The position numbers and the translations under genes were made by a program. Positions 49,246-61,348 of a stretch of DNA of 64,000 nucleotides are shown piece after piece. Below the pieces are notes generated by a model. That model saw nothing but the letters and a program-made list of their open reading frames with translations. It ran no database searches and was not told the DNA's origin. The DNA lies in assembly GCA_050575255.1 (NCBI GenBank), contig JBNZDD010013666.1, positions 4,066,293 through 4,130,292 of the forward strand, in the 5' to 3' direction. The DNA comes from Harriotta raleighana. Its lineage: Eukaryota. Positions within the stretch are counted from its first letter, which is position 1. Every line of letters starts with the position of its first letter.

Positions 49246-52200
49246 TATGGCATTACCAAAATATGAAAACTACAACCCATAACAATGTTTTTTTTCCCTT
49301 TTGTGTCACTGCCATTCTTTTTCTTTTATTTTAAAAATATAGTTGTCCTAATTTAAATGCATTTTCTCGCACCACTTATTTTGCTCCAGGAGTCCTAAGC
49401 CTAATAATGTGCTGAAATTACTGAGACCTAAAAGGGTGCTTTAAACATTAAATAAAAATCACGCAAATGGGAAAAAATGTTAACTCTTTACTGAGAGCTC
49501 TTTGGAAACATATCAATATTAATCATGCTCCACCCCTGTATACAAACATACACAGAGCAACCAGCAAGTTGACACATCATAGGTTAAATTTTCTCTTGTT
49601 TTTAAAAAAAAGTTCACTTTCTTTAATAGCTCCACTGTAGCAACAGACACAATCCATCTTTCTTTTCAGATAAGATGATTAAATCATTTCATTTGGTGCC
49701 AGGTTTATGCTGATGCTGCTCTGTAACTTGCTACTAGGAGGTATTTGACAATTTCTCTTTTTCCTGTTGAGAAGGCACTTACTTCCCTCTCCATTCCAGT
49801 GACCTTTTCGAGATGGGAAGCTCAATACCGTACATGTACAATCACAGGCACAAAGCAATGTACCCCCATTCAAGTGTTTAAATGCAACTCCTTTCTAGAT
49901 TAAAAACAAATAGAATGTTTCTTTAAGATTCCAACGGACTACTTTTACTAATATATAAAACAGTATGTCCAATGATGATGAAACTTACCCAACAATTTGT
50001 GACATGGGAGGGATGAAATTACTGTACACAGTCCAGGGTTATTAATACATGGTGGCAGGTGGTTGTGTTACACGCTGTTGAACAAGTTTGAAGAATTTAG
50101 CCCTTCAGGAATTTTATATCTTTGGAACATTTTGATCTTATTCTGCCCACATGTACTTCATGGTAACTGTGAGAAATCAAAATAATCTTTGCAACAATCT
50201 GTTCTTCTGTACTTCAGGCTTTTACCCGCTTATGTAACGACCCATCACCCACATGGCAACATCTTGGAAGTGCTTCAGCTTTTTTTAAAAAGCCAATACC
50301 TGTATATTTTCCCTTTTTTTGTGAACCCATGCTGGTGCTTTGGTGTTTCGTTCACATCGAGATGTCAAGATTGCTTTACCGGGTTTTATTAGGTGTCTGC
50401 TGTCACACCGTTTGCTTTCTACTTCATTAAATCTGTAACAGAGGCTGATAGAGTTGTTGCAGGTGGGGTAGGGAGCTATCCACTCTGCAGGAGAGCAGCT
50501 CAACAGTTCACCACACTGTGCATCCCACTTTTAAGTCAGCATTTGAGTTATCTGAAAGGTTTAACTATTTGATGCCTGGTACAGTGATGGACACAAAATA
50601 CCACATTCCAAAATAGGTTGTACAAATAGCTGGTGGATAACAATGGGAGGTCTACTTATGGAAAATGCTGGCTAATGACTAGATCCATGCATGAGCAATA
50701 TTGAATTTTTGCTACAGTGACTGAGATTAGGCCCCACTCACCCACCTGTAAGATGAATTTGAACGGAATGCATTCCTCAAGGGAATGAGTAAGTTGGATG
50801 ACCAGATACCTTCTCCAGACGATTGGCAAAACCAAAAAGGAGATGTTTCTATCAGACGTATATCCCAAGGCGTAACCGATAAGTACAGATACCGCACTTG
50901 ATCTGAGCCAAAGGGTGGTAGGAAGGATGTGTTGATAGGTAAGAGAAGTAATGTGTTGCCTTGTAAAAAGGGAAATTCAAGTCAGCAGGCTACTGTACAT
51001 CTGAATCAATGTTGACTGGTGGTATCAATGCTTAAATTGTCCTTGTTTTGCCCTAGTGATGATCCAAATCTCGTGTCTTTAACTTTTTAGAAGGAGCGGA
51101 TAAAAATTGACTTTGATGACTGCAATCTCCTTTTTTCTTAGAATTATAAGGGCTTAGATGATATTATAAATCACAAAAGGAAAGCTGAAACCATTTTATT
51201 TTATTGTGAGGCCTGCTGTTTTGTTTTTAGGTGCTCTTTGTGTCGAGGTAAGTGTCAGCAAGATTCCCTGTCTCTGATGTATGATGACGTTCACAAAAGG
51301 GTATTAAAGCCTTGCGATGCCAACAAAAGGGTATTAATGAGATTTATTGCCCAGTAGATTACCAAGATTTAGCTTACTCAGTGTATATTAATGGAAGAAC
51401 TGCGAGTTTATAGGAACAGTTTAGTCTGGGGTTGTGACTTTAAAGACAATTCTGAGTGCGTGCTTCAACTGATTCATTATGGGATTAGCACACACGTAAG
51501 TGCTTTAAACAAAAGCAATAGTCTTATTTGCATTTGGTTAACAAAAATCTTGACCTGCTTTGATGAGAACTGATTTGACTTTCCATAATCAGATGAGAGT
51601 GTAGTTCATATGAATACAGTTTTGCATAAACCTGCTGTTATTGACATACAGCAGATCTCTGCTGAGGGCAAATTTAGTGTAGTCTTGATATTGGTTCTTG
51701 CTTTCTTGTAACATTTATTTAACACCACCACCAGAGCTCCATTTGAAAGATGCACAGTTGCTAGGAGTTATTATTGACCACACTTTTTTTTCCCTGCCTC
51801 TTTCCTGATATTTTTGCATTGATGGTGTTTAAAATAGTGAGCGCTGATGATGGTATCATGGGAATGGCTGGGAGGAGTGACTGAGTTCAGAAGTGTGAAG
51901 GAGCTGATTTAACAGATACAGCTGAAATAATCCAATCACTGAGGCATTGGAGTTAATGACTGTTTAGCTGCTGATGCTAATTCAGCTCCTTCACATGGAT
52001 GCCTCCTCAGTGACACTCAAAGTCAATCCATCCCCACCCCACCACACACACACCCACACAGCACCATAATATCATTAGTACTTGAGAAACTAAATATTCA
52101 AGAAATCAATAGAAATGGATAGAGAAATAAAATGTTAACATCAATTAAGTCAGTCATGGTTTCATTTTTATTTACAATTTGATCCATTGAATGGATGTTT

Positions 52201-52714
52201 ATGTAAACTCTTCCACTGGAGTTCTGCATATCACATTGAATCTGCAATTAAATGTTTTGTTTATGATATACACATATACTCTTAATTCCAATCTTCTGCT
52301 CTCTCACAGACTCTTTTATATTGTTCCTATTCAAATAATTATTCAATGCTCTTTTAAATGTTAATCTTAGCTGCAACTGTGGCTATCACGAAGGATTCAA
52401 GTTTGTAATAAATTTGCCCGATTCGATTTACAAACGGTTAATGTTTTTACCTGCAACTAACTTCATGTTTAGGTGAAAAGTTTTCAAGTCAAATCTGTCT
52501 TGTCTGGATACATATATCCATTTTGATATGTTTTTGCTTCCCCCATGGCTGTTATATTGGCCTTAGATCGTAAGTACCAGCAGATCATAAAATTACCATT
52601 TACAACAGGTCAGGCTGGAATGCGCAGCTTATAAAGCTGTAAAATGCTTTTTTTCATGAAATATTTGTTACACTTATGACTCATGCTGAGGTTCCATAGC
52701 TGCGAGGAGCCCTC

Positions 52715-52975
52715 TGCTACCTTGCCCAAGTGGCTATTATTCATGTTTGAGGTTGTATGGTGAGTGTTGGCAGGTTGTTTAACTGTGAAGGAAGCTTGTC
52801 CCTGGGCATAAGCTTGTCTGCAGAAAATGCCCCCATACACGCTGACATTTCCATAAGCATCACTCGATAGTGATTACAAGCAGTAAACTTGGTTGCCTGT
52901 TCAGGAGGGCATTAAAGAACCGGTTATGTCAGTTGACCTGGGCAGGCAACCTCTTGCTGCGACTAGCACACAGTG
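52715..52975 (-). mobile_element. Old SINE-like repeat (family B)
   Basis: ccttgcccaagtggctattattcatg...tcactcgatagtgattacaagcag, similar to the copy at 33790. Confidence 0.5.
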
Positions 52976-53395
52976 TCATTGTGGTATAGGCATGGTAAAT
53001 TACAGTATTCTCAGACAGCATGAAGTAAACTTCATTCTCTTTCCGTTCTGTTAATCTGCCCTCTTTCCAAGAGGATTGAAGCTGCAGCTATAAGATTCCA
53101 ACAAATTTGTGCCTGTCCCACGTGTTGCAGGCTTGAAATCGTTTGAAAGACCACTGATTAACAGTCAGGGTCCAAATCCCTGGTTGTCCAGCGCCTTGGA
53201 ACGTCCTCCCGACCTGAAAGGCACCATACAAATGTAACTGATATGGTATTGATATGAGAAACCCAGGACATTCCAAAATATTGGATGCAAGTTCTCCACC
53301 ACTGTCACAGATTACAGGTGCTTGGGAAAAATTAGACATCTCTTTACCTTGATAGATCTCACAAACAATCAGATCACTGATGAGTATGACTATAA

Positions 53396-53699
53396 AAATA
53401 ATTCTTGCATTTGATATAGCGCTTTTCACGTCTTCTAGATGTCTCAAAGCACTGCACAGGATATACTGTAAAATGAATTCACTGTATATTTGTGGGTGAA
53501 ATGCGGCAGCCATTTGCGCACAGCAGTGTCCCATAAACAGTCGTGGAATGCATTGACCAATTTATTACAGTTTTTTTTGAGGGATCATTATTAGGCGAGC
53601 GGAGTTTCCTTACTCATTAGGTCGCCCTGACCTGGCTGAATTTGAACACATGTCTTACGCTTGCAAGTAAGTGCTTTAACCACTGAGCTACAGGAGTCC
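53396..53699 (-). mobile_element. tRNA-derived SINE, full length
   Basis: GGACTCCTGTAGCTCAGTGGTTAAAGCAC head, B-box GTTCAAATTC, full body and tail. Confidence 0.92.
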
Positions 53700-56394
53700 A
53701 AGGTATCCATGGGAGTAGCACATATTTTACAAGTCCTAATTCTTTTCTCTTTAGCAACATAGCAGATTTCTAGAAATTAGACATGACTTGGTATTAGGGC
53801 ATTTGTTTAGCTGAGCTCCACAACCATACGTTTACATGTGCAGATCTCTTTACTTATGCATAGCCCAGGGTATTTCAGCATTGTATGTGGAACAAGCAAT
53901 ATAAATGTGGAGCCAGCTAGCATTCTTTACTGGAGGCACCAAATCTAACTGCTGCCTATTGTATAACTGAGGCATTAATTACATTGATTTTGTCATCTTT
54001 CAATTTAAAGACAGTGATATTGCAATAAACTAACATAATAACAGTGAATGTCTGTAAAGAAAACTTGCTCGTTCCAGCATATGGTTGCCCTCTATTGTGC
54101 TCACTTTAAAATCCTGATGTCTTTGATAGTCACGCTACAATGGACCAGACTTAAAACTAACACAATGATCTGTTGGGCAAACCAGTGCATTTAGCAATGG
54201 ACCAGTGCCAGTGGGTGTGCAACTGATTTGGTGGGCCAGTGAATCCATTCCAACAGCACCGCAATCTTGAGAAGCTTCTTGTATAAGCTTTTTACAAACT
54301 GCCTCCAACAAATCCTTTTGTATTTACAGTATGGTAAGTCCAATTTTCATTTCCATTGTGTTGACGGACTGGTGGATTTCACAATGCCCTCAATTACTTG
54401 TTTTCTTTATTGACCCCACTGCTGTCAAATTGAAGTACAATTACAAGTAAGGATCAGTAGCCATAGCCCTAGAAAACAAATCAGTTACTGTATACAGAAT
54501 TATGTATGAACAAATTTTTTTTTTTTCCTTTTTTCAGACCATATTTCTTTATTAAGATGTAAGTTACCAAGGGAATCCTCAGGAAATGTAGCTTTGAGGA
54601 GTTTATTTAAAGGTGTGAGGAAGGTAGATCAACATAATTCTTAAACTATATTTAAATGACATTATCTCAGCTGTTGTTGCTTGCCATATCAGGTTCAGTA
54701 TTCAGAATTCAGTTCAAAATTCCTCCCAGCTCTTGTGACATCTTCAGCAATTTCTGGTCAAGTAAGATTTTTTCCTACAGAAAATTAACATAAATTGCAA
54801 AAGATAATTATTAATATTGATCACTGTTCATGTGTCATTCAGCCCACTGAGTCTTTCCCACCATATTATATTAGATCGTTAGCTTTTAATATAATTTGCG
54901 GGTCTTTTCTACATATCCCTTAATTCTTTTTCTAATAGTTTCCAAGTACAGTGCAGCTACTTCATAAAATCCTTTTACAGTATATAGTATGGAATTGGTT
55001 ATCTTGTGGGTTGCAGTGTGGATCCCATTGTCCCATGTGTTTTGCACTACTGCTGTGGATTTTATGGATCCCAACCCATATGTTATAACAAGGCTCTACT
55101 GTATCTAACTACTGTATTTTCCTTTGAAACATCCTAATCGGTCCAGCGTATTCATTATTCTGATAGGAGCATTCGCTTATGTCAGAACTGCAAGTGCAAA
55201 CTAAACGTTTACATGTCAGAAATGATCTTATTTATTTAGAACAGATGAAATCTTCAGTCAGTATGACGGCACCCAGAAACTAGATAACCCTCACAACTAT
55301 TGCTAACATCGCTACGCAGTGATGATTTTAGTTTTCAAAATATTATACAGCAGTACTTTTTGAATATTAAAATTGATAAGTAGCAATAAAGCAGATCTCA
55401 TCATCTTAAAAATGATATAGCAGAATTTTTTTTAAATCGGCTTACTTCATACAGTAAGCGCTCTGAGGCACTATCCGACATGGAGGGTGCTGTAGAAGTG
55501 CAAATTGTTGTTGTTGTTACAGTAATTCCATATCAATTATATTTTAGGCAAACCAGAATTGAGTGGAAAACCTGACTTAACTGCAGACCATTTCCTATTG
55601 TTGAAGCTGGCAAGCGTGTGTATTGAAAAACAACTTATTTCTGAGTCTGTTTGAAGATCTCCAATGAATCATTTTTTCAGACAGACATAAAATTATTTCC
55701 TTTTTTTAAAAAAAAACTTTTTATTTTATTTTGCTGCATCTGTAATGTGCTTGTTTAACCTTAGCCTTGCTGACATTCAGTGAAGGAGTTGCACTACATG
55801 TTGTGACTCATGACAATTCTTCCAATTTGCTCCGTTTGGTGAAAAAGGCGAGAAGCGATTGATATTTCTTCCTTTAAATTATTGAACCCCCGACTTGTGT
55901 TACGCTCTCCGAGGACCTGTTCTGATGCTGAGTGTAACAGCCATTGACTGCTGATGCTAAAAATGTGAAGTGGAAATTGATCAACCTTCTCATATTTAAC
56001 ACGGTGACTGAATAATATTTTTAAATCAGTTTCTCACAATTTTTTTCCAGGTTCGACTCATTGATTTGCTTACTGAAAACGGAGGAAGCAGCCGCATGTT
56101 ACTCCCTCTCAGGATTAGATACATTCCATTAAATTGATCAATACACACAACGCAAAAACCCTGAGTGTTGACAAAACTAAATAAATATAGATGAGCGAGA
56201 AGGAGAAATTAGATTTATGTGAAAGGATCCTGGGAAAACATATTTAACCCTTTCACCTTTACAGGGTCTGTTTACATGGCCTATGGAGGGAGAAGGGTTT
56301 GAGATGACACAAAGAAAGCCTTAACATTTTTATATCCATAATATCAGATTCTGGGCATAGGCCTTTGAGAACATTTCAAAGAGTGAGTGATGAA

Positions 56395-56560
56395 AAGCAC
56401 AGGATTTTGACTTCAAATAAAGATCAAAGCGAGATTGGAATGGATGACTCTCCCATAAGGCAAGAGGTACAGAGTCAATTGAGGTGTTTAAAAGGGAAAT
56501 AGAGAGGTATTTGGATATTGGGAGATACGAATAAAAGACGTGGAAAAGGCATTAGAAAGA
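56395..56560 (+). mobile_element. Old CR1 3' fragment
   Basis: tggaatgg...ctcccataagg...tttaaaagggaaatagagaggtatttgga, parallel to the CR1 end at 45180. Confidence 0.55.
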
Positions 56561-56565
56561 TAAAT

Positions 56566-56889
56566 GGAGCTCCTGTAGCTCAGTGGTTAGAGCACTCGCC
56601 TTACAAGCATGAGACCTGTGTTCGAATCCAGGCAGATCAGGGTGAAACCTTGGGCAAGTTTCCTTACTCCACAAGCCTAATAATAATCTGTCAAAAAAAA
56701 CATAATAATAAAAATTGGTCATTTCAATCCACAACTGTTTGTCAGACGCTGCTGTGCACAATTGGTTGCCGCGTTTTGCCCATAAATGTACAGTCAATTC
56801 ACTTTGCAATATATTCTGTGAAGCGCTTTGTGACGTCCTTAAGATGTGAAAAGCGCTATATCAAATGCAAGGATTATTGGTATTATTAT
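56566..56889 (+). mobile_element. tRNA-derived SINE, full length
   Basis: GGAGCTCCTGTAGCTCAGTGGTTAGAGCA (A-box), GTTCGAATCC (B-box), body and tail. Confidence 0.95.
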
Positions 56890-56938
56890 ATAACTTCTAT
56901 GAACTAAATAATAGCTCCAGGTGCTAAATGTCCTACTA

Positions 56939-57286
56939 GAGTAAAACCTTGATTATCTGTGACTCGATGAACCAGAAAACCCGTTCAACTGCAATCTCAA
57001 AAAAAAAGTCCCGATTCAATGAACCGGAAGTTATCCGGCAAATAGTGATGACGCATTTAATGAATTGACTGTCGCATCCAAGTACTGGTGCAGGTACTCA
57101 TGGCTGGCTGCTAGTTGGGTCTAAACTCGCTGCTGCATTTTTTTTCTCTTCGCGTTTTTTTTCCCTTCCCTTCAAGGACTGCCATTGCGAAGTTAAATTA
57201 TTTTTAAAAAAAATCTATTTAACTGGAAAACCTTTTAACCGCCACTGGCCAGGTCCCGTGGGTGCCGGATAAACAGGGTTTTACTG
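56939..57286. mobile_element. Tigger/pogo-type non-autonomous DNA transposon (MITE)
   Basis: Imperfect 25-bp TIRs (gagtaaaaccttgattatctgtgac versus reverse complement cagtaaaaccctgtttatccggcac, 19/25), with TA on both sides. Confidence 0.75.
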
Positions 57287-57331
57287 TACTTTTGTTCCTA
57301 TGTTCAAAATCATTTGAAGTGTATTGGCTTT

Positions 57332-57631
57332 GGAGCTCCTGTGGCTTAGTGGTTAGAGCACTTGCCTTGCAAGCATGAGACCTGTGTTCGAATCCAGGCA
57401 GATCAGGGCGGAACCTTGGGCAAGTTTCCTTACTCCACATGTCTAATAATCCCTCCAAAAAAAAACACAAGAATAAAATTGGTCATTTCAATCTATGACT
57501 GTGGGACACTGCTGGGTGCAATTGGCTGCCGCATATATACAGTCAATTCACTTTATAGTATTTTCTGTGAAGTGCTTTGGGACGTTGATAAGATGTGAAA
57601 AGCGCTATATCAAATGCAAGAATTATTATTA
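57332..57631 (+). mobile_element. tRNA-derived SINE, full length
   Basis: Same head, B-box and tail as the copy at 56566. Confidence 0.95.
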
Positions 57632-58492
57632 TATATAATTCACATTTACATTTGAAAAGTTTGAATTTAATCTTTAGTAGGAATTCAAATGAATCCATTT
57701 AAATTATTTTTTAAATCATCTGTACAGTGGAACAAGATGCATGTTTTTTTTTCTGGTGCTCACGATTTTGTTTGAGGGAAAGAGAAAGCAAAAGATTGTT
57801 AATGATCTTTAGTAGACTATGTACTGTATACACCTTATTGTCCACTAATTTGCTGGTTGTATGCTTGTGATTGCTTCATAGTTAAGTGCAGACTCTTCCC
57901 TTGATTAGTGAAGTGTCCTGTTAAATTCATGGGAAGTTCATGGGATAGAGAAAGTAAGTACCTTGATGTGTTTGTCTTTTGTAGTACATGTGGTATTCAT
58001 AAGTGAGGCTCAATTATTTCAAGTTCATTTCAGCGGGTTTGTTTTGAGCTAGTATAAAGCTATCAAATGTTAAGAAACTTTTCTTTTATCATTATCCTAG
58101 TATCCTTAATGCAACGCTGAATATTAAAGTTCTCAAATTCCAAACCTATTCTGTGAGCACGGGTATAGCTGACACAAAATTGTCGCTCTCTAGTCACTCA
58201 CTTTGGTTTGACTGTTTTCTTCCCTATACTGTATATAAAAGCCCCTGAATTTGGAAACTGGGTAGATTTTTCTGCACAATGACATATGGACGTTACATGT
58301 TCAGGGGAAGGGGTGGGAGTGGGGGGGGATTTTGCCTCTTTTATTTGATGTTGCCAATTTGTTGTTTATTTTAAGGGATCCTACTGGGATATTGTGCTTA
58401 ATTTAACATGGAGAATGTGTCATTTTGTCAGAATAAATGATTTTCCCAGGTGGCACGCTAGGATTGTCAAGGGCATCTTCCCAACATGAAAA

Positions 58493-58592
58493 ATAATAAT
58501 AATAATCCTTGCATTTGATATAGAGCCTAATCATATCTTCGAGATGCCTCAAAGTGCATTAGGAAATGTAGTGTCCGCGTATTTTGTGGGTA
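58493..58592 (-). mobile_element. SINE 3' fragment
   Basis: (AAT)n-ccttgcatttgatatagagcc. Confidence 0.7.
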
Positions 58593-59161
58593 AAATATGC
58601 TATATACAGTATATGTAAATTTGTGCTGTATTATAATAATCGTTTTCATTTTAAAAATGTAATGGTACTTAACGTGGTATTAATCAACACATAGCTAGTT
58701 TTTTAATGAATCAGAATAACTGGCGTCACAAGCAGAAATCTGGCCCCTCCCTCTGGAAATTCCAGTGTGCTCCCGTGTACTTCCTGGTGGCCAATCACAA
58801 AACAACATTGGGAGAAGCCTGGGAACCAATTGCCCGCTGACGACCTTCAAAGCCAGGACATGGCATGTGATGGGTGGAGATAAAGAAAAAATAAGGGGAA
58901 AGTTTCACATTCTCAACGTAATCTCGTTATATGAGGCAGGATTCTCAGCCAGCGGTAACCATTTTTAATCAAATTTTAATTTCAGAAGAATTTATCTCAA
59001 AGCCAGATGAGCTCAATTGCTGACTGGTATATTGGACTCTATTAGATCAGGTTAGATCCATATTTCTACCGACCTTTGTTTGATATCCTATATACACATA
59101 TAAAAAACAATATTAACTGAACCCTTGTCCCTTATGCCTTCAACATTCTTCACATGAAAAA

Positions 59162-59297
59162 TAAATGCAAAATACTGCAGAGGCTGGAAATCTGAAACAA
59201 AAATAGAAATGGCTAGGAACACTGAATGGGTCAGGCAGCATCTATGGAGAGTCGAAAAGCCAGTCAATGTATCGGGTCCATGACCTTTTGTCAGAAC
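59162..59297 (-). mobile_element. Penelope-like retroelement terminal-repeat fragment with a degenerate hammerhead core
   Basis: aaatactgcagaggctggaaatctgaaac...ggtcaggcagcatctatggagag...gaccttttgtcagaac resembles a common chondrichthyan repeat from recall. The minus strand has CTGACAA-stem-GATAC. Confidence 0.6.
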
Positions 59298-59639
59298 ACA
59301 GTTATTATTAACATGAACCCTGTCCTGGGAGAGAAACCAGGTGCAGTCTCCCCACCCAGCCCAGGCAGTAGACACACTAGGAATTATTGCTTTGTGTAGC
59401 TGACTAAAGAGTAAGAGAGGGTAGATTTGTATATTGTTTTTCTCTAAAGTGAGACTTTCTACATTTAGCACCTTCGACTGAAATGATTTGTATCATTGTA
59501 TGAAATGTGACGTCCTCCCAATGTGAAAGGGCGCTCTCTAAATGTAATTTTTGTAGTTGTCGTTGTTGTATAGTGTTATATTTAAACAAATACAGTAGTA
59601 GTTCTGGGGAAAACAAAAATCCAAATTCCTTGCTGTGTG

Positions 59640-59855
59640 AGATTTTTTTCTAAATGCTTTCCATTCTGGACAGTGAAGAAGTTCAAATGGAGATACAAAT
59701 GGCATTGCTAAATAAGGGAGAAAGGAATAGAGAGACATAAGAGTGGGGATTTGGAGCAGTGTAGACTGTACTCCTGTAGAGTATAAATAACATCACCGAC
59801 TGGTTGGGCTAAATGATCTGTTCCTGTGCTGTAATGGTCTATGTAATGTTATGTC
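59640..59855 (+). mobile_element. Old CR1 3' end
   Basis: gttgggctaaatgatctgttcctgtgctgtaatggtctatgtaatgttatg, a CR1-type terminus. Confidence 0.6.
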
Positions 59856-60424
59856 CAGTAATTACAGTATATGTAATCTTTTCGCGAATAATTCAATAGA
59901 CCAGGTTTTTTTCTATACCTTGCCTGTTTTAGACTACATTGGCAAAGCAGTTGGGCACTGCAAATGAAAAATAAAAAGATTTTCTATCTTGTGCTGTTCT
60001 ATTCATTCCCGTTAGGTAATTAGGTTTAGCTGGAATCTATATTGAACAATTGCATATGGGATAATGGATAGCTGGCAGAGAGTTTGCAAGCTGTAATTCA
60101 AACAAGTGAAATAGGATGGCGTTCATAAAGCACTCAACCTTGGTTCTTGTGGTTTATGAGCATCAACAGAGGCAAGAGATTCAGTCACAACCTTAAACAT
60201 TCTCTGCTTGTGACATTTATTCTGTCCACTCTGTCATTTGATGCCCAAGGTAGAAATGCTATGACAAATTTTATTTTTCTTATCAATATTTGCCAATTGT
60301 GGTGCACATTTTAGAAGCACTGCAGAATAATTGAAAGGGTATATTGAAGATAATATCTAGTGGTATTTGGCTGTATGATAGCAGTAGTGCTATAATATAA
60401 CCCGTTTCACAAGAGCCAATTACA

Positions 60425-60580
60425 AACAACAACAACAAATTGCATTTATACAGCGCCCTTCATGTAGGGAGGACGTCCAAAGGCGCTGGATGGTCAAAGG
60501 TTTGCACGTGAGCTGGGGGATGGAGTTGAGAGGGGTGGAAGGCAGGTGGGTGGATGACCAAAGGCACAGTCAAAGAAGAA
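60425..60580 (-). mobile_element. L2 3' tail fragment
   Basis: (AAC)n-aattgcatttatacagcgcccttcatgtagggaggacgtccaaaggcgctgg. Confidence 0.75.
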
Positions 60581-60869
60581 GCATGTACATGATACACTAT
60601 TTAATACTATATACATTGACCGTATTATTTACCAGCAATCAAATATCGATTGTCACTCAGTAAACTAGGAATGATTACATCTCATTGTTCATCCTAAAGG
60701 GATGTCACAATGCAAGATCAGTGAGATAGAGACATAAATGTCTGGTTGTCAGTGTCTACCATGTTTTCATTGTTAATAAAAAAGGAGCCAAATGTGAAAT
60801 AACAATACCCATGAATAAGCTACAGTATTATTTTATAATATTATAAAAATTTATAATATTATTCAATAA

Positions 60870-61040
60870 TAATAATTTGGTCACTTAATCCACGACTGTT
60901 TGTGGAGTTGCTGTGTGCAATCGGCTGCCACGTTTCACCCACAAACATACAGTTAATTTGCTTTACACTATATTCCGTGAAGCACTTTTTGAGACGTCTA
61001 GAAGACATGATGAGGTGGTATATTGAAGGCATAGATTATT
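60870..61040 (+). mobile_element. SINE 3' part
   Basis: ttggtcacttaatccacgactgtttgtgg...gagacgtctagaagacatg. Confidence 0.85.
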
Positions 61041-61348
61041 ATATAAAAAGGATTGCTTCATGTAACGCAACTTTCAGATCATTGTCAGAAGCTAGTTGAA
61101 TGAGCTTTACTCATTATTTGAAGGACACTTATTACAACTATCCAGTAACCCATATTTATATTGTATCTGTGAAATGTAATAAAGGCAATGTGAGCTTGGC
61201 ACCGTTGGTATCACAATCAGCTGTGTATTCAATGTGGTTTGAAGTATCATGTTGGGGACTTTCAGCTCATGGTGTAGGCTCATTGTGTTATCTGCCTGTT
61301 CAGGTGGATGTCAACAATTGGACAACTGATCAACAATCCTCCAGTTGT

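Noticed and set aside
56566-56635. tRNA-like sequence (also at 57332, 61349, 53699 and 1466)
   Set aside because: These are SINE heads. There is no proper acceptor stem, and each continues into the SINE body.
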